From: Lama glama
Taxonomy: Eukaryota
Direction of reading: 5' to 3'
NCBI GenBank assembly: GCA_028534125.1
Contig: CM052816.1
Span: 101,742,001-101,806,000 of the forward strand
Length of the DNA stretch: 64,000 nt
Numbering within the stretch: position 1 is the first letter of the stretch; each line of letters opens with the position of its first letter. The notes under the pieces were generated by a model. That model was not told the DNA's origin and ran no database searches. It saw only the letters and a list, made by a program, of their open reading frames with translations. Shown piece after piece: positions 37,815-50,700 of this stretch. Made by a program: the position numbers and the translations under genes.

Positions 37815-37820
37815 TTTATT
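37815..37820 (-). terminator. AHRR: AHRR polyadenylation signal AATAAA (3'UTR about 2.9 kb)
   Basis: tttatt on + at the end of an AT-rich distal UTR block (about 37750-38140). Confidence 0.7.
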
Positions 37821-38895
37821 TTACATCAATATTGCAAACTTAATACAAACCTTAGCATCAGAAATGTATTTGAAAGCTCTTTCTAAAGGCACTGAGAATA
37901 CAGTACAAAAAGTTACATTATAGTGTATCCGTTTTAAAAAATTCAACAAGTCAGTCTGGGTATTGAAAACTTTTTTCTTCCAGTAGAAACTGCAAAAATA
38001 TAAAATATAATTTGTACTTATCTCCTTTCCATCCCATTCCTACATAATATTTAATATTTTTTCAGCTATATAGGCAAAAGCTATAGACAACAAAAAAACA
38101 TAAGCCTGTACTTAGTACTAATAATGACATTTTAAAGTGAAATGGCCACATCTACAGAGATGACCACATCTGACCCTCTGCATTCCTCCCCCACACAATT
38201 TTTCAGGAGGGGCATGGCTGTAAGAGAACAAAAGTGCTGACTGGGGTGAGTTTTGTTGCAACCGACCCAGCAGAAGAAGGGACCAGGGCGTGCCAGGACC
38301 TGGGCCCCAAGCACGATGGCCTCTCCAGAATGCAGACCCTGCAGAGCTGGTGGCCAGATGCTACATCAGCAACGCATGACCCGGCCGCCCACCAGCTGTG
38401 ACTTGTTTGGTGCACGTGGTCCCAGGAGAGTGGGCACAGACGGCTGCACGTGAACCTGAGGGAGGAGGCAGCACAGCACGGCACTGTGGTCCCCGCGGGC
38501 GGGGACGGCTGTGTGCCCCCTAGAAAGGCTTCTCCTCACATGAGGCTCACACCTGCATCTCTCCTTGGTTACGCTGGGATCTGGCTACAGTGTGCAAACA
38601 TGCAACGGTGTCTCTCTATTCGGTCTTTCCGGTCCAGGGCTCTCCTGGTGACGTGTTCCACACACGTGATGCCTCCTGTCTGCTGCTCCCTGAGACGAGG
38701 CGGGGCAGGCCTCACGCTCGGTGCATCCCACGACCTGCCCGTGCGCTGGCCTGGGCCTGGTACTGAGGGTGAGGACGAGGACACGGGCGGGAGTCTTTAC
38801 CCCGGAGCTCCAAAGAGGCTGATGGGTACTGACGGTGTGGGTCTTCCCAGGAGGAGTTGGACACTTGGTCTGAATAGGGAGGGTGGCAGGGGGGC

Positions 38896-38984
38896 AGGAA
38901 GGAAGGAGGAAGGAGGAAGGAAGGACGGAGGAAGGAGGAAGGAAGAAGGGAGAAAGGAAGGAGGGAGGAAGGAAGGAAGGAAGG
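38896..38984. repeat. (GGAA)n-type purine repeat in the AHRR 3'UTR
   Basis: Direct reading of the sequence. Confidence 0.9.
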
Positions 38985-40722
38985 TGGTTTCCACCCACCA
39001 CCCCCCATCTTAGGGATTAAGTCTAGAAAGTGTGCTGTGCTCGGTGTGCGAACTGCGAGTGCTGCGGAGCATGGGGCGAGGGTGGGAAGCAGGTGGCCCT
39101 GACGGGAGGCTGTGCTGCCGTCACCACAGGTGAGGGGAGACTGGCGGCTGGGGTGGGGACAGCACAGCACCAGTGTCACTCTGGCCCCCGTGGGCTGGGC
39201 AGACATGAAGAGCAGGCTCTGGGAGTCCCAGGAGGTGACAAATGGACCACTTCCACCCGGGGCTCCTCCATCAGTCCTGGGGAGAAACCTGCAGCCCCCG
39301 CCTGCCCTCCCACGGAGCAGGCAGCTGTGGGGCACGGGGGCTGTGCCTGCGCGTCTAGAAGACTGAGTCCCACCAGCCCGGTCCTGAGTCTGACGAGGCA
39401 GATGCGCACACACCAAACAGCATCAGCACTGACCCAGGAGCAGAACACTGACACCCCAACGCCACAGATGACACCAAGCCCCCCCAAGCATGTGGAGCCG
39501 CAAGTCCCCCTCCCTGGGGCTCCCACCTCCCGAGACCCCAATGGAGGTGACTGAGGACAGATGCCCCTTCTGTGAGGGGGAGGGGTCTCCCACCCCAGCA
39601 CAGGTGGGCCCAGCCACAAGGGACCCCGAACCAGCCTCCTGCTCGGCGGTGGTTTTGTCCCCTGCTGTCATGTCCTGGACTCACTGCGCCCATGGGGCGG
39701 GGTCACCCCAGAAGGTGTGTGAACTTTGCCCTCAGTCATGAGCCATCTCTTGGTGGTGACTGTGGGTGGCCTTTACTTTCTGCTTTTGAATCCAAATTTC
39801 CTACACTCAGAATCTGTCAGGCTTTACATTTTTTTAAAATAAAACATTACCTGTCTGCCCTTTCTCTAATAATTCTTCCTGGGATGATGACTGGAAATCT
39901 CAGTTGAAAAACTGTAGACAGTCAGCAAGGCAGCGAGGCAGCTGGACTTGCTGCCGCTTCTCTCTACATCGTGTGCTTCTCTGTTCCGCCAAATCGAGAC
40001 TCTGTAAACAAGGTTACGTGACGTAGTGAGAGACAGCTCAGCATGAACCATTCCAGGGGCCCACTGAGAACACCAGAGAGACTTCTGCAGAAACAGGATG
40101 TTATCCGGCCAGTTTTCACCCTGGGCACGGCCTCAGCCTTCGCCCCAGAGTCTTGGGCACACGCTGCACGTTGTGATGAAGCGCAGGGCTGGCGCTGACA
40201 GCCTCTTCTGCCTGGAACTCCTAGGTTCCTCCCAGGAGCAGGCACACAGTCACCTACAGCTCAGGGAGCTTTTTTCCTAATTTGCTGTCTCAGCCACGGG
40301 ACACCCAGGGTGTGTGCTCTCTGAGGTCCGCACCATGGGGGCATCAACCTGCCTTCACAGCGCAGGCAGGGAAGCTGGGACGTGGATGTGGGGGGCGGGG
40401 AGCTGCACCTGCGGCACGGTTCCCGCTAGGCCGGCACCCACTGCCGCCCTCGGGACGGGGAGCTCTGCCGGCCAGGCCGCACGGCTCACTTCGGATGCTT
40501 TATGAAAACCTGTAACCCTCAGAGTGCAGTGCTGTCAGACTCGCAAAGACGTAAGGCCGCTTCACATCTCAGAACTTCGCTGACATTTCACAAGATACAG
40601 AAAGCTGCTGCACGTGCAGCTTTGCAGCGCCTCCCTCAGGACAGGCTCTTGCCCTGCACCTGCTGTCCCCGCCAGGGGGTAAATCCGTATTGGACAGATG
40701 TCAGCATTCAGAAACGCCCGCT

Positions 40723-41722
40723 CTACGGCAGGAACGCGCACATGGAGTCTCTGGGTGGCTTCCGTGTCGCCAAGGCACTGCTGGGGAACATCCCGGGCGC
40801 TCCGCCCTGGCTGGGAGCAGCCCACGGGGGAGAGTCCAAGGGCTCGCGCTTGACGACAGGCGTGGCCCCAGGAGCTCTGCCGTCGTAGCCCGGAGCAGGG
40901 GGCTGGTGGCCCCGCACACAGAGGCGGGCTGGAGGCCCCAGGCAGGCACAGCGTGAGGGGTGGAACGGGGCCAGCTCCCTGCTGGGCCTAGGGTGGGCCC
41001 CCAGCGTGCCGGGCCCCAGGTGTGGACTGCAGAGGTGGTGCCTGGAGTCCGGCTCTGTTTTCAGGTGCATCCTGCTCGGGAAAGTGGCCAGCTGTCTCTT
41101 GGCCACATCGCCGGCCCCCAGCCACACCTGGCTTGGGGACACAGAGTAGCCATCTGCTGCGTCCTCGGGCCCAGAGTCACTCTCCATCTTGATGGGCACA
41201 TCGAGTGACATGGGGTTGCACAGGGCTCCCATAGGCATCGGGACACCTCGCAACTTGTCCTCAGTGGGATAGCCACCTGGTGGGACACACTGCGCTCCCT
41301 GCTGAGGGTGCCCATTGTCCAGGCTCCCCTGGGGGAAGGGGCAGCTGGCAGGAGGGTGCATTTGGCCCTGATGGCCATCCTGCAAGGCTCTGCTGGTCCG
41401 GCCGGCGCAGGCACCTGGGGGATGTTTTGGGGGGTGAGAGCCGGGGCAGTTCCTGAAGGACACAGCGCTGCTGGCCTGGATGGTGCCCTGCACGCCTGGG
41501 TGAGGCAGGCAGGCGCCATGGGGCGGGGCATGCGCAGAGAACGGGTCGCTCTGGCTGGGCTCCAGCTTCAGCTTAGCGCCGCTGTCCTGACCGGATTTCC
41601 AGTTCAGGTGCTTCGTGGGTCCTAGTGTCTCGAGGCGGCAGCTGGACATGTACGTGTCTCTCCGCTCCCTCAGTCCCAAGGAGCCGCTCAGCAGCCCCCC
41701 AAGCACCTCTCCTCCCCCGTCC
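40723..41722 (-). CDS. AHRR: AHRR terminal exon coding part (1000 bp, stop TAG)
   Basis: ctgcag acceptor; ORF 40723-41706; [31 protein letters not shown]. Confidence 0.96.
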
Positions 41723-44700
41723 CTGCAGGAAGAGAAGCCCGTCAGACAAAGCAGGACAGCGATGGACCACCAGTGCAGTCTCTAAGGGGAGGCACTAAAT
41801 TAGGGTGGTGCTGGCCACCCTGCAAGGGCTGCTCTGTGCCGTCCACAGCCCTGTGACACCAGGCCAGCCTCCTCCCTTTTGAACGTGACCCTCCCATGGC
41901 CTCCCTAGTGCCCAGGGTTGGGGGCAGGTGAGGGCTGTGGGAGGGCAGGGAGAAGAGAGGGTTCTGAACAAAAGTGAGGACGGAGGATGGGGCGGGGACG
42001 GGCAATCACCCTAGGTCCAGGCCACGGGCAGAGCTACAGCCACAGTCCCCACTGACCCTGGCCAATCCCCACACATGTGAACTTCCAGGCAAGAAGCGTG
42101 TGTGGGTGTGCTCTGCATGTCACCATGTCCCACCAAGAGAGAGGTTTAGCTGCTGTGGTCAAGGCCACCAGACTGCTGTGACTGAGCCACTTACCCTGCG
42201 GCCCCCTCGGGGTCAAAGACAAGATCTGGGCGGCCCCTGAGGCACAGGCAGGGGACCCGGGCTGGAACCCGGGCCCAGCAGCAGGCGTCTGCTGGTGCCC
42301 TGAACACGGAAATGCTGTTTTCCCCATCGCCCCTTCCTGTCGGGAGTCAGAGAAGGTGGGTGAGCAGCGACCGCAGCCTCCAGCCCCCCGCTCAGCCAGA
42401 CGCCTGCCCCTCCTGACGGCATTCCTGTGGGACTCGCCATGTCTCCAGGGACACAGACACTTCACTCACTTGAAGAAGAGGAGACAATTTTAACAAGTAC
42501 CTGTTAAATGACTGGGTTTTCCATACAATTCTGATTCACACAGACTCCCGGTAGCTTTCGCTCTGTGAAGGACAAAAATAGCAACATAGCAAGCAGAATA
42601 AATACGCGTCAATGGCAGAAATTGCAACATGACAGGTGTCACTGTCACACCTAAGAGGAGAGGACGCAACAAAAACTTAAAGATTATAAACCTTTTTTCA
42701 GTTACAGATTTGCTGAAAATTCCAATTCATATCACTTTTCAGGCCAAAGAAGCACCAGCGAAGCTGCTGCAGGAAGCAGACATGCGCCTGGAAGGATCTC
42801 AGTGCTTTGGTTTTCTTCCGACGGTCAGAGTGAAAGTCAGGTGAGTCCTGTGATCTGCAGTAGTTTACAAAGTCACCATGAGCACTAAGTCGGTGACACT
42901 GAGCCACGGCCCAGGGGTGTGTGTGCACTGACACAGGGTGTGTGGTCTCAAACCCCAAGCCAGCTCCTCCTGGGAGATATGCTCAAGGAAAAATGAGGCT
43001 CAGAAGCATTAAGTGACTTGTCTGAAGTCGCCTGTCCTTCAGGTGCAGGAACAGGATTCAAATCCCTTCCAACCACACCACAGGCAGAGCTCCCTGCACT
43101 GCCATGGCGCTGCCTCTCCGTTTTCTGGTCTCCCCTGTAGGAGAGACGGAGTCAGAGACGTGAGGCTGGAGCGTCGCCCTTGGTGGGGATCCTACCATCG
43201 AGCAATTCAAATGCCTCCCAGGTGGTTCACGTCCGTGGATGACTGGGAAGGCCCCGAGCTGTCTGGAGGACAATCAGCCAGTAGGCTGATTCACACGCAC
43301 AGAACCGGTGAGCATTTAGGAGTGAGGGTGCGTCACAAAGTCCCGTCGAGGAAAGCCTGTGAAGGGCTTGAAAGGTCTTCAGGGGCCACCCCGCCCCCCG
43401 TGCCACCCAGCACAACCCTCTCAGGGTCCCAGACTCCGGGTCTGCTCCTCACATGCTCTGAGCTCAGACGCAAACGAACGTGATGCAGCGTCGGAGTTGG
43501 TGAAGAGTTCGGTTCAGAGCAGAAATCAGTTCCAGGAAACGTCGGAGGCCGACAGAAGTCACGTGCTTCTTTCTTAAAATGTTGGGTGGGAGTAACACCC
43601 TGTGGCTGGGCCTGGCTTCCTCTCGTCCGAGTCTCAACGACATCCGTCCAATGTGAGTCTTGTACCCGCGCTGTCCCCACGTGTGCGCCCCCCTCACCCT
43701 CACCGCACCCTCACCCTCGCCAGCCCTCCGGGGCCGAGCAGCAGTGGGCGACTCGGGGGGCCGCACCTGCTCGGAAGCCCCGCGGCTCCTGCGCGGAAGC
43801 CCCGCGGCTCCTGCGCGGCCCTGCGCTGGGGACGCCGCCGCGCACACCTGCGCTTCCCGCCACGGCCGCCGGAGGGCAGCAGGGCCCGCCTCGCGCACGG
43901 GCGCCGGGACAGCGGGGCAGCGCGGGCTTTCCTCGTCTCCGCTGCGGGGCTGGGGAGCTCGCGGCGTCTCGTCCCCGTCGGCCCGAGGGAGCTCACACAC
44001 GGCGCTCTGAGACAGCAGGCGCAGACGGAGGGTGCTTCGCGGTGTGAGCGCGTCGGCCCAGGCGGGGCGGCAGCGGGCGGCGGGCTGTCGCGCGGCCGCT
44101 CGGAGGCTCCGGCCCCCGAGAGCCGCGCGGGTGCGGCCGGGCGTGGCCTCGGGGCTTTGGCGCAGCTTCGTTTTGGCCGCTTCACTGGTTATTTTTACTG
44201 TGTTTTTCCCTCAGGTGTTCTGTTTTCCTCCCTCCTATTTTGTGACATTTCCTACCTTTACAAAGGGCGTATCATATTTAATTTTTAAATGCTCCAGCAT
44301 GCGGGCCGGCGGGGCCCAGAGGCCGGCCCTGTCCGCGGGCCTCCCTCGTGCGTGACGGCAGCGGCCGCCCCGCAGACCCGAGGCGGGAAGGGGCCGGCAG
44401 GAGCCCTCCAGCGCGGCTGTTGCCGGCCTTCCTCCTCGGCTAAACGGCTCTGCGGCCAAAGGTGAACCGCGGGTGCCGAGGGGGGCCGAGAAGTGGGCTG
44501 GGGACTAGGAGGCCTTTTGCCCGTCAGCGGTACGGAGGGGGCGTCACGCAGACCTCAGACGGCCCTCCCTTCTCCCCGGGGTCGCCCTCGCAGGTGCACA
44601 ACTGGAAACACAGGTTGCAGACGCACAACGTTTTAATCGCTCCGGAAAGTGACCCCTGCAGCACAGACCTGGCCCATTGCAGGAGATTATAGCCAGGGAC

Positions 44701-47700
44701 CCCCCAGAAAACCTAGTTCAAGGTGCTCTGTACTCCCCAAAAGCCGAGAAATCCCTGGGTGGACAGAATGTGTGCCGTGTCACCGCTGCCGGGACGTCAT
44801 CTCCAGCATTTGCCCCAGCGCTGAGCTGACGGAGGGGATGGCAGAGGCAGCAGGGAGGGCTGCTCCCCTGGCCTCCCATCCCCACAGTGGACACAGGCCG
44901 GGCGCTGACTGGGAGGCTGTAACTGGAGGGCGCAGGAAGGCAGACATGCAGGAGTGTTTGGTGCCACAGTCACAAATATTAGTGAAAGCTTTTTATCTAA
45001 TAGTTGCTTCCTACATAATGTACTAGCTTTAAAAACAGCAAACGTCCCATTTTACTGCTGGCTGGAAAGGAGGAAAGACTAGACAGAAAATACCAAGTGC
45101 GGAGACTGACCCACCAGCCGCCAAGGGGACCCTTACTCACTTGGTGTCCGTTGTGGACGAGATGTCCCCTCTGTGCTTCGCCCTCAGAAGCACGCTCTTC
45201 ACCTTCATCTCCGCCACGGAAGGCAGGAGCACCGGCTCTGCCACACAGAACAGGGAGAGGCAAGGCGGCAGGGCTGCGCCCGACGGCGCCTTCCTCTTCT
45301 GCCCAAACAGGAATTTTAGTTTTCCTTGAAACTGCATCGTCTGGTGTTTCAAAGACAGAAACGAAGCTGTGTTCACAGAGTGAATTAGTGACACGGCCAA
45401 AGGACAAAGAATTCACGTTCCCAGGGACAGAAAAAACTCGGAGAGGATCTTTCCTGAGTCACTAAGCAGACGTGAACCAGCACTTCTTCCACACTCGGCC
45501 TCCTTGGTCATGTGTTCCCCGTGGCCTTTGAATGGCTCGGGGTTGCTCTGGAGTCCCCGTGATGTCCTCCAACCTTAAGGCATGTTCTCGTGTGTGCACT
45601 CATGGGTGTGTGGGTGTGTGAGTCCTCGCACGGGGACATACATGTGCACTGACTGGGGCAGGGCCACCAGGCAGCCCTTCAGTAGGATCTGCTTGGGTAG
45701 ATAATCTCTGAGGACTTTCCACATTAACCCGCCACTTCCAAATTAGTATTGCTTCATTCGTGATGATAAAACTTAGGGACAGCTTGACTTGGTTATCTAG
45801 AGCACACGGTGTGAGTAAAAATCCAGGAAGTAACTTTGGAGTTTGCGATAAAAGAAAATTAAGGATCTCTCTATAATGGAAGAGCTGATCTATAATCGAG
45901 TTACTTAAAGTGACTTCAGGGTGCTCCTGTCCTTGATGGAAAAATGACCCCACAATGTGGCTGCACTCTCTCCCTAGCCATCTTCTGTTCATCCATCCTG
46001 CTTTCTATCCATCCTTCCATCCATCCATTCTTCCATCTGTCCATCCATCCTTCCATCCGTCCTTCCGTCTCTCCATCCACCCTTCCATCCATCCATCCAT
46101 CTATCCATCCATCCTTCCATCTGTACATCCACCCATTTGTCCATGGACTGATTGAGTGAACAAATACTTGCAAAGCACCTACCACGTGGTGGTCACATGC
46201 TTGGTGTGGGCGAGTCAAGGCAGTGGTGCTGGGACATGTTTAACATCCAGCTCTCCAGAGAAAAAAGCCCTGATTTGTAGTGTTTGACATTTTCTCAAAA
46301 GCAGTAAGAAACCTCTGAGGCTCGCGGCACGGCACTGCTCGGGGCCCAGGCAGGGAAAGCCAGCGAGAATTGAGAACCAAGACAGGCAGGCGGGACGTCC
46401 ACGGCCAAGAGCCAATCTTGGGCTCAGGCTGGTCAGCAGGGCCTCCTCAGGGCTCCCTCTCCTCAGAGCCATTTAGAAGCTGATCCAGAAATACCTGCTT
46501 GCCCCTGCCCCTCCTTCCCTCCCACAGACACCCACTGAGCACCTCCTGGAACACATCAGGCCAGCCCAGGGACTAACACTCAGAGGTCCTGCCAAACACC
46601 AAACACCTGCTGTTTGTCCCTCTTGGGGACCACAGCCCAGGAGAGGAGACAGACCCCCAGGACCCCACAGTCAAGGTGTGGCTGGGGAGGAGCAGGGGTC
46701 GTGGGAGGGGCCGCTCTGCATGCACCCAGGATGAGGCAGGAAGCTGGGGCTCAGGGTCCGGCACCAGACACTGATGCGGAAAGCCCACTGGCCCTGGGGT
46801 CAGCAGTGGAGGTGGGCAAAGCAGCACAGGGATGGGGCGCGCTGGGCTCCTGGGAGAGACTGTGGGGACCCTGGGCCAAGGGGAGGCGGCAGAGGCCCTG
46901 GAGAGCAGCATACATGCGGTCCAGGGGATGGAGGTTTGGGGTGGGCGGGAGCTTTGCTCTGCTGCCCGTGAGGGCACACCTCCATCCGCCTCAGCCCTTC
47001 CAAGGAGGCGCTGGAGGAGAAATGGAAACCCCAGTGTCTTTCTGTAGGAGGAGAGGTTAAAACCAGAAGCCAGGGCTGCCATTCGGCTCTCCTGTGCTTC
47101 TCAGTCCTCGCTGGGAAAACACTTTTAATGAGTTTTAAATAAAGGGAAATTGAACATAAGTACAAACCCTCTGCAGATTTCAGTTCATCTAGGTGGTGCC
47201 TCTACCGGCAGCTGACTTCACATTTTCATCTCACTGCCTGCACACTCTCCCAGCTGAGTCATGGGCAGTCAGCACCTCGGGCACTGCCCCTCGCTTCTTG
47301 GCTTCTTGGTCCGCACTGCGGCACAGCCCCGCCACCCTGCAGGCCGCAGCCCCGTGCACTCACCAGGAAGCCCGAGGTGCTGTCTAGCAGGCAGCGCACG
47401 CGGCAGACGAAGCAGCGCGTCAGGAAGGCTGAGTACTCCGTGGGCGAGCCGGCGCCCCCCTCCTGGGCCCGCAGCAGCCTCCCCAGGATGGCGTCCTCTC
47501 CTGCCCACATTGGCAGAGGCAGCGTGATCAAGGGAGAAACCATAAATACGCTCTGATGAGCAAGGTCATGCGTGTAAGGGCGCGGAGCACACGTGGCCCC
47601 CCAGGTCGCCCTCCCATGAGCGCCCAGTGCGTCCCAGTTCCCTAGAGACAGCCGCCCTGACATATTTTCCCTTCTTCGTCCTTTGCCCTTAAAAACAGCG

Positions 47701-50700
47701 TTTCAGAACAACTGCATGTGTGATGAGCGATCAGTGGTTGAGTTTTTGTTTTTGTTTTTGTCTTGAGCTTTAAAATAAACCTGCGTGGGCATCTGAAGTT
47801 TGCGCTCCCCTCAGCGTTATAAAGTGAATCGTGCTGCTGTGTGAAGTTGTGCTGGAAACCCCTCTCGAATTAGTTACCACTTCAGGGGAGGTGTGTGAAA
47901 GGCCAGAACTCTGTCTTCCCTGCACTGGACCCCGGTGACGCTGCTCTGTCCCTCAAGGACCTGGATGCCTGCCCAGCGTGTGGAGTGGGCAGGGGCCGCA
48001 GATCCAGGACTTCGCAGAGGTCCTGCTCGCAAGGGACAACGTCTCTGAACAAACAACCTTTGCGGGCTTTTTTCAGGTAAATCTAATGTCGGCCACACAA
48101 CTTTCCTGGAAGATGGGAGACAAGTACTGTGGCTTCTTGGTGAGCACAGAGAAGTGGCCAGAGACAGCCAGAGAGCCACGTTGGGCTGGAGGCGGGAAGA
48201 GGGACGCGGGAGGAGGTCTTCGAGGAGGGGAGTGGACGCGGCATCAGGGAGAGGAAGGGTCCCTGCAGAGACGCCCACGTGCTCCCACTAACGTCTGAGC
48301 CTGGGCTGGACTGGGCCCAGGAAGACCCACCTGTCTCCGCGAACAGGGGCTGCCCACATGCTGCCGGTGGGGGGTCCATGGCCCAGTGGAGCTGCCGGCG
48401 GAAGTCCTGGCGGTCGTCCACGTGGATGTAGTCGTAGATGTTCTGGTGCATCACGTCTGTCTGCAACAGCGTGACAGTCACTTTAGGCTTACCTGAGGGA
48501 GCTGCCACACTTCACACCAGCGTTAATCACTGCGAAAGCGTCTCGTCCACCTGTCAAGCAAGTCACACCTGTGAAGAGAAAGCCTCTTGGAAAGGGCTGG
48601 GCCTGGGCCGCGAGGACTCGCTCCCCGCAGGCCACGCCCACACGGCCCAGAGGCCCGGCGGCCGGCTCCCGAGGTGCCCCCAGGGCCGCCAGCCCCTCCC
48701 CCAAGCCGGGCGGCTCCCTGGGGGCAGCTGGGGCTCAGACGCCCGCTTTTCTAAGTGACTCGACCGTCCGTGCTCGAAGAACTCATCAAGCTGTACATTC
48801 ACATTTGGTCACTTCCCAGCCTGTATCACTGGAACCACAAAAGTTCCAGTGGAGGCACCCCTGTGAGGTGAGAGGGAGCCACCAGGTGAGCTGGGGCCTG
48901 GCCAGTGCCTCCTGACAAGAATTCCCCCTTCCCAGCGCCTCCAGGCCTGACCGTTGCCTCATCCAGGACGCCACAAGGCCCCGCCAGCCGCCAGCCCTCT
49001 CTCTGGCCCCCGGTCCTCCCACCTGCTCGGGCTCTGAATGCAGAGGCTGACCCCTATGGGCTCCGGGTGCACGCTGGGAAATTGTGGTCTGGGCCACAAA
49101 GGCCACTACCGTGGGCTACAGAGACTGGCCGCCGTGGGCACGACTGTCGCTATTGTCGATAAAATACCCTGGGTGTTGGCAGTGACGAGGCCGCTGCACG
49201 CTTCCTCGTTACCCTCTCACCTGGGACCCCAGCAGGGCCGGCCCGCTTCTGTTTCAGTCACTCCTTAACTGGATCATTATAATAACTAGAGGGAGGAAAA
49301 GGTGCTGAAGATTCAAGACCTCACAGACAAGTCACCTTCTTAGGAGGTGACCAGTAACCTCACCCAGAGTGGATGAGATGCCCCTCCCAGTCACCTGTGA
49401 CACGTGGCTGAGGCTCCTTGGCCCCCAGATGTCAAGCCAGTACCTCGGGAAGGTGGAAAATGAGTGTGGTCGTAACTCAAAGGTTGGACTCTAATCACCT
49501 GCACACCCCTCCATCCACTGTTTCCAAGAAAGAAGTGGACACCGAGGTCAGAATAAGTTATTGTTGTTGGTCAGTGCTGTCCAGAGTCAGGGGCTCTGGA
49601 TGTGAACAGGGACCAACTCATGGTGATGTGGACCCACCAGGCTTTCCCTCCTGCTGAGACCTGGCACCACTGGCCACGGCTTCTGGTGCTCAGCCACCTG
49701 GAGTCTCCCCATCACCCAGAGTCTCCCTCTCACCCAGTCTCTCCCCCTCACCTGGAGTCTCCCTCTCACCTGGAGTCCCCCCCTCACCTGGAGTCTCCCC
49801 CTCACCTGGAGTCCCTCCCCACCTGGAGTCCCCCCCTCACCTGGAGTCTCCCCACTCACCCGAGTCCCCTACTCTTACCTGGAATCTCCCCCTCACCTGG
49901 AGTCCCCCCCTCACCTGGAGTCCCCCCCTCACCTGGAGTCTCCCCACTCACTCGAGTTCCCTACTCTTACCTGCAGTCTCCCCTCACCTGGGCTCTATGG
50001 TCACAGGTGCACTTCCCATAAGGATGCTTTCTTAATGGACTTCAGAGATTCAGGCATAACACATAGGCTGCAAAGTGCCCACGCCATAAATATGCAGCTG
50101 CACCACCCAGTAAGGAAGTGGGACCCAATAGCAGCTCTGAACCCTCCCATCCACCCTCCCCAGAGACAGTCAAGGTGCCGGCCACACCCGGGCCGCTTCT
50201 GGAGGTAAATGGAGCGCTATGTCCTCTGCGTCACGTCACAGCCGTGACTCACCCACGTGGTGTGTGGTGGCATGTTTCACCCGCATCATTGACCGGTCCT
50301 TCTCTGCGTGGATGAGCCACAGCTGATGCATCCACTCACTGCTGGGACATCTGCGTGGTTTCCCATCTGAGCCGACACAGGGGCTGCTGCTGTGTTTTGA
50401 GGGCGTTGCTGTTGGGTGCACACCCAGGAGTGGAGTTACTGGGCCACGGGGTGGGCAGGGCCCAGCTGTAGCAGAAAATGCCCAGTAGTGCAAAGCGAAC
50501 ACGCGAATCCAGGCTCCGCTGAGGCAGCGTGAGCGTCCGGTTGCTGGACGTTTTGGCCAATGTTTGGTATCTGCAGCCTTCTTCGTTTGGGCTCGGTGGT
50601 GGATGTGTCGTGGTTTCTTTTTGTGGTCTTAATTAGCACATCGTCAAGGCTAATGACGCTGAGCGTCTTCTCACTTAAATGCAGGTGAGCGTGTTGCCTG

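Noticed and set aside
43464-44288. Several 150-230 aa ORFs in the AHRR intronic CpG island
   Set aside because: Open in many frames on both strands, low complexity, no matching splice structure.
49587-50021. Repeat-protein-like ORFs (HLESPP)n / (LQVRGR)n, or a CRISPR-like array
   Set aside because: A head-to-tail 18-bp minisatellite with no unique spacers, in a mammalian intron.
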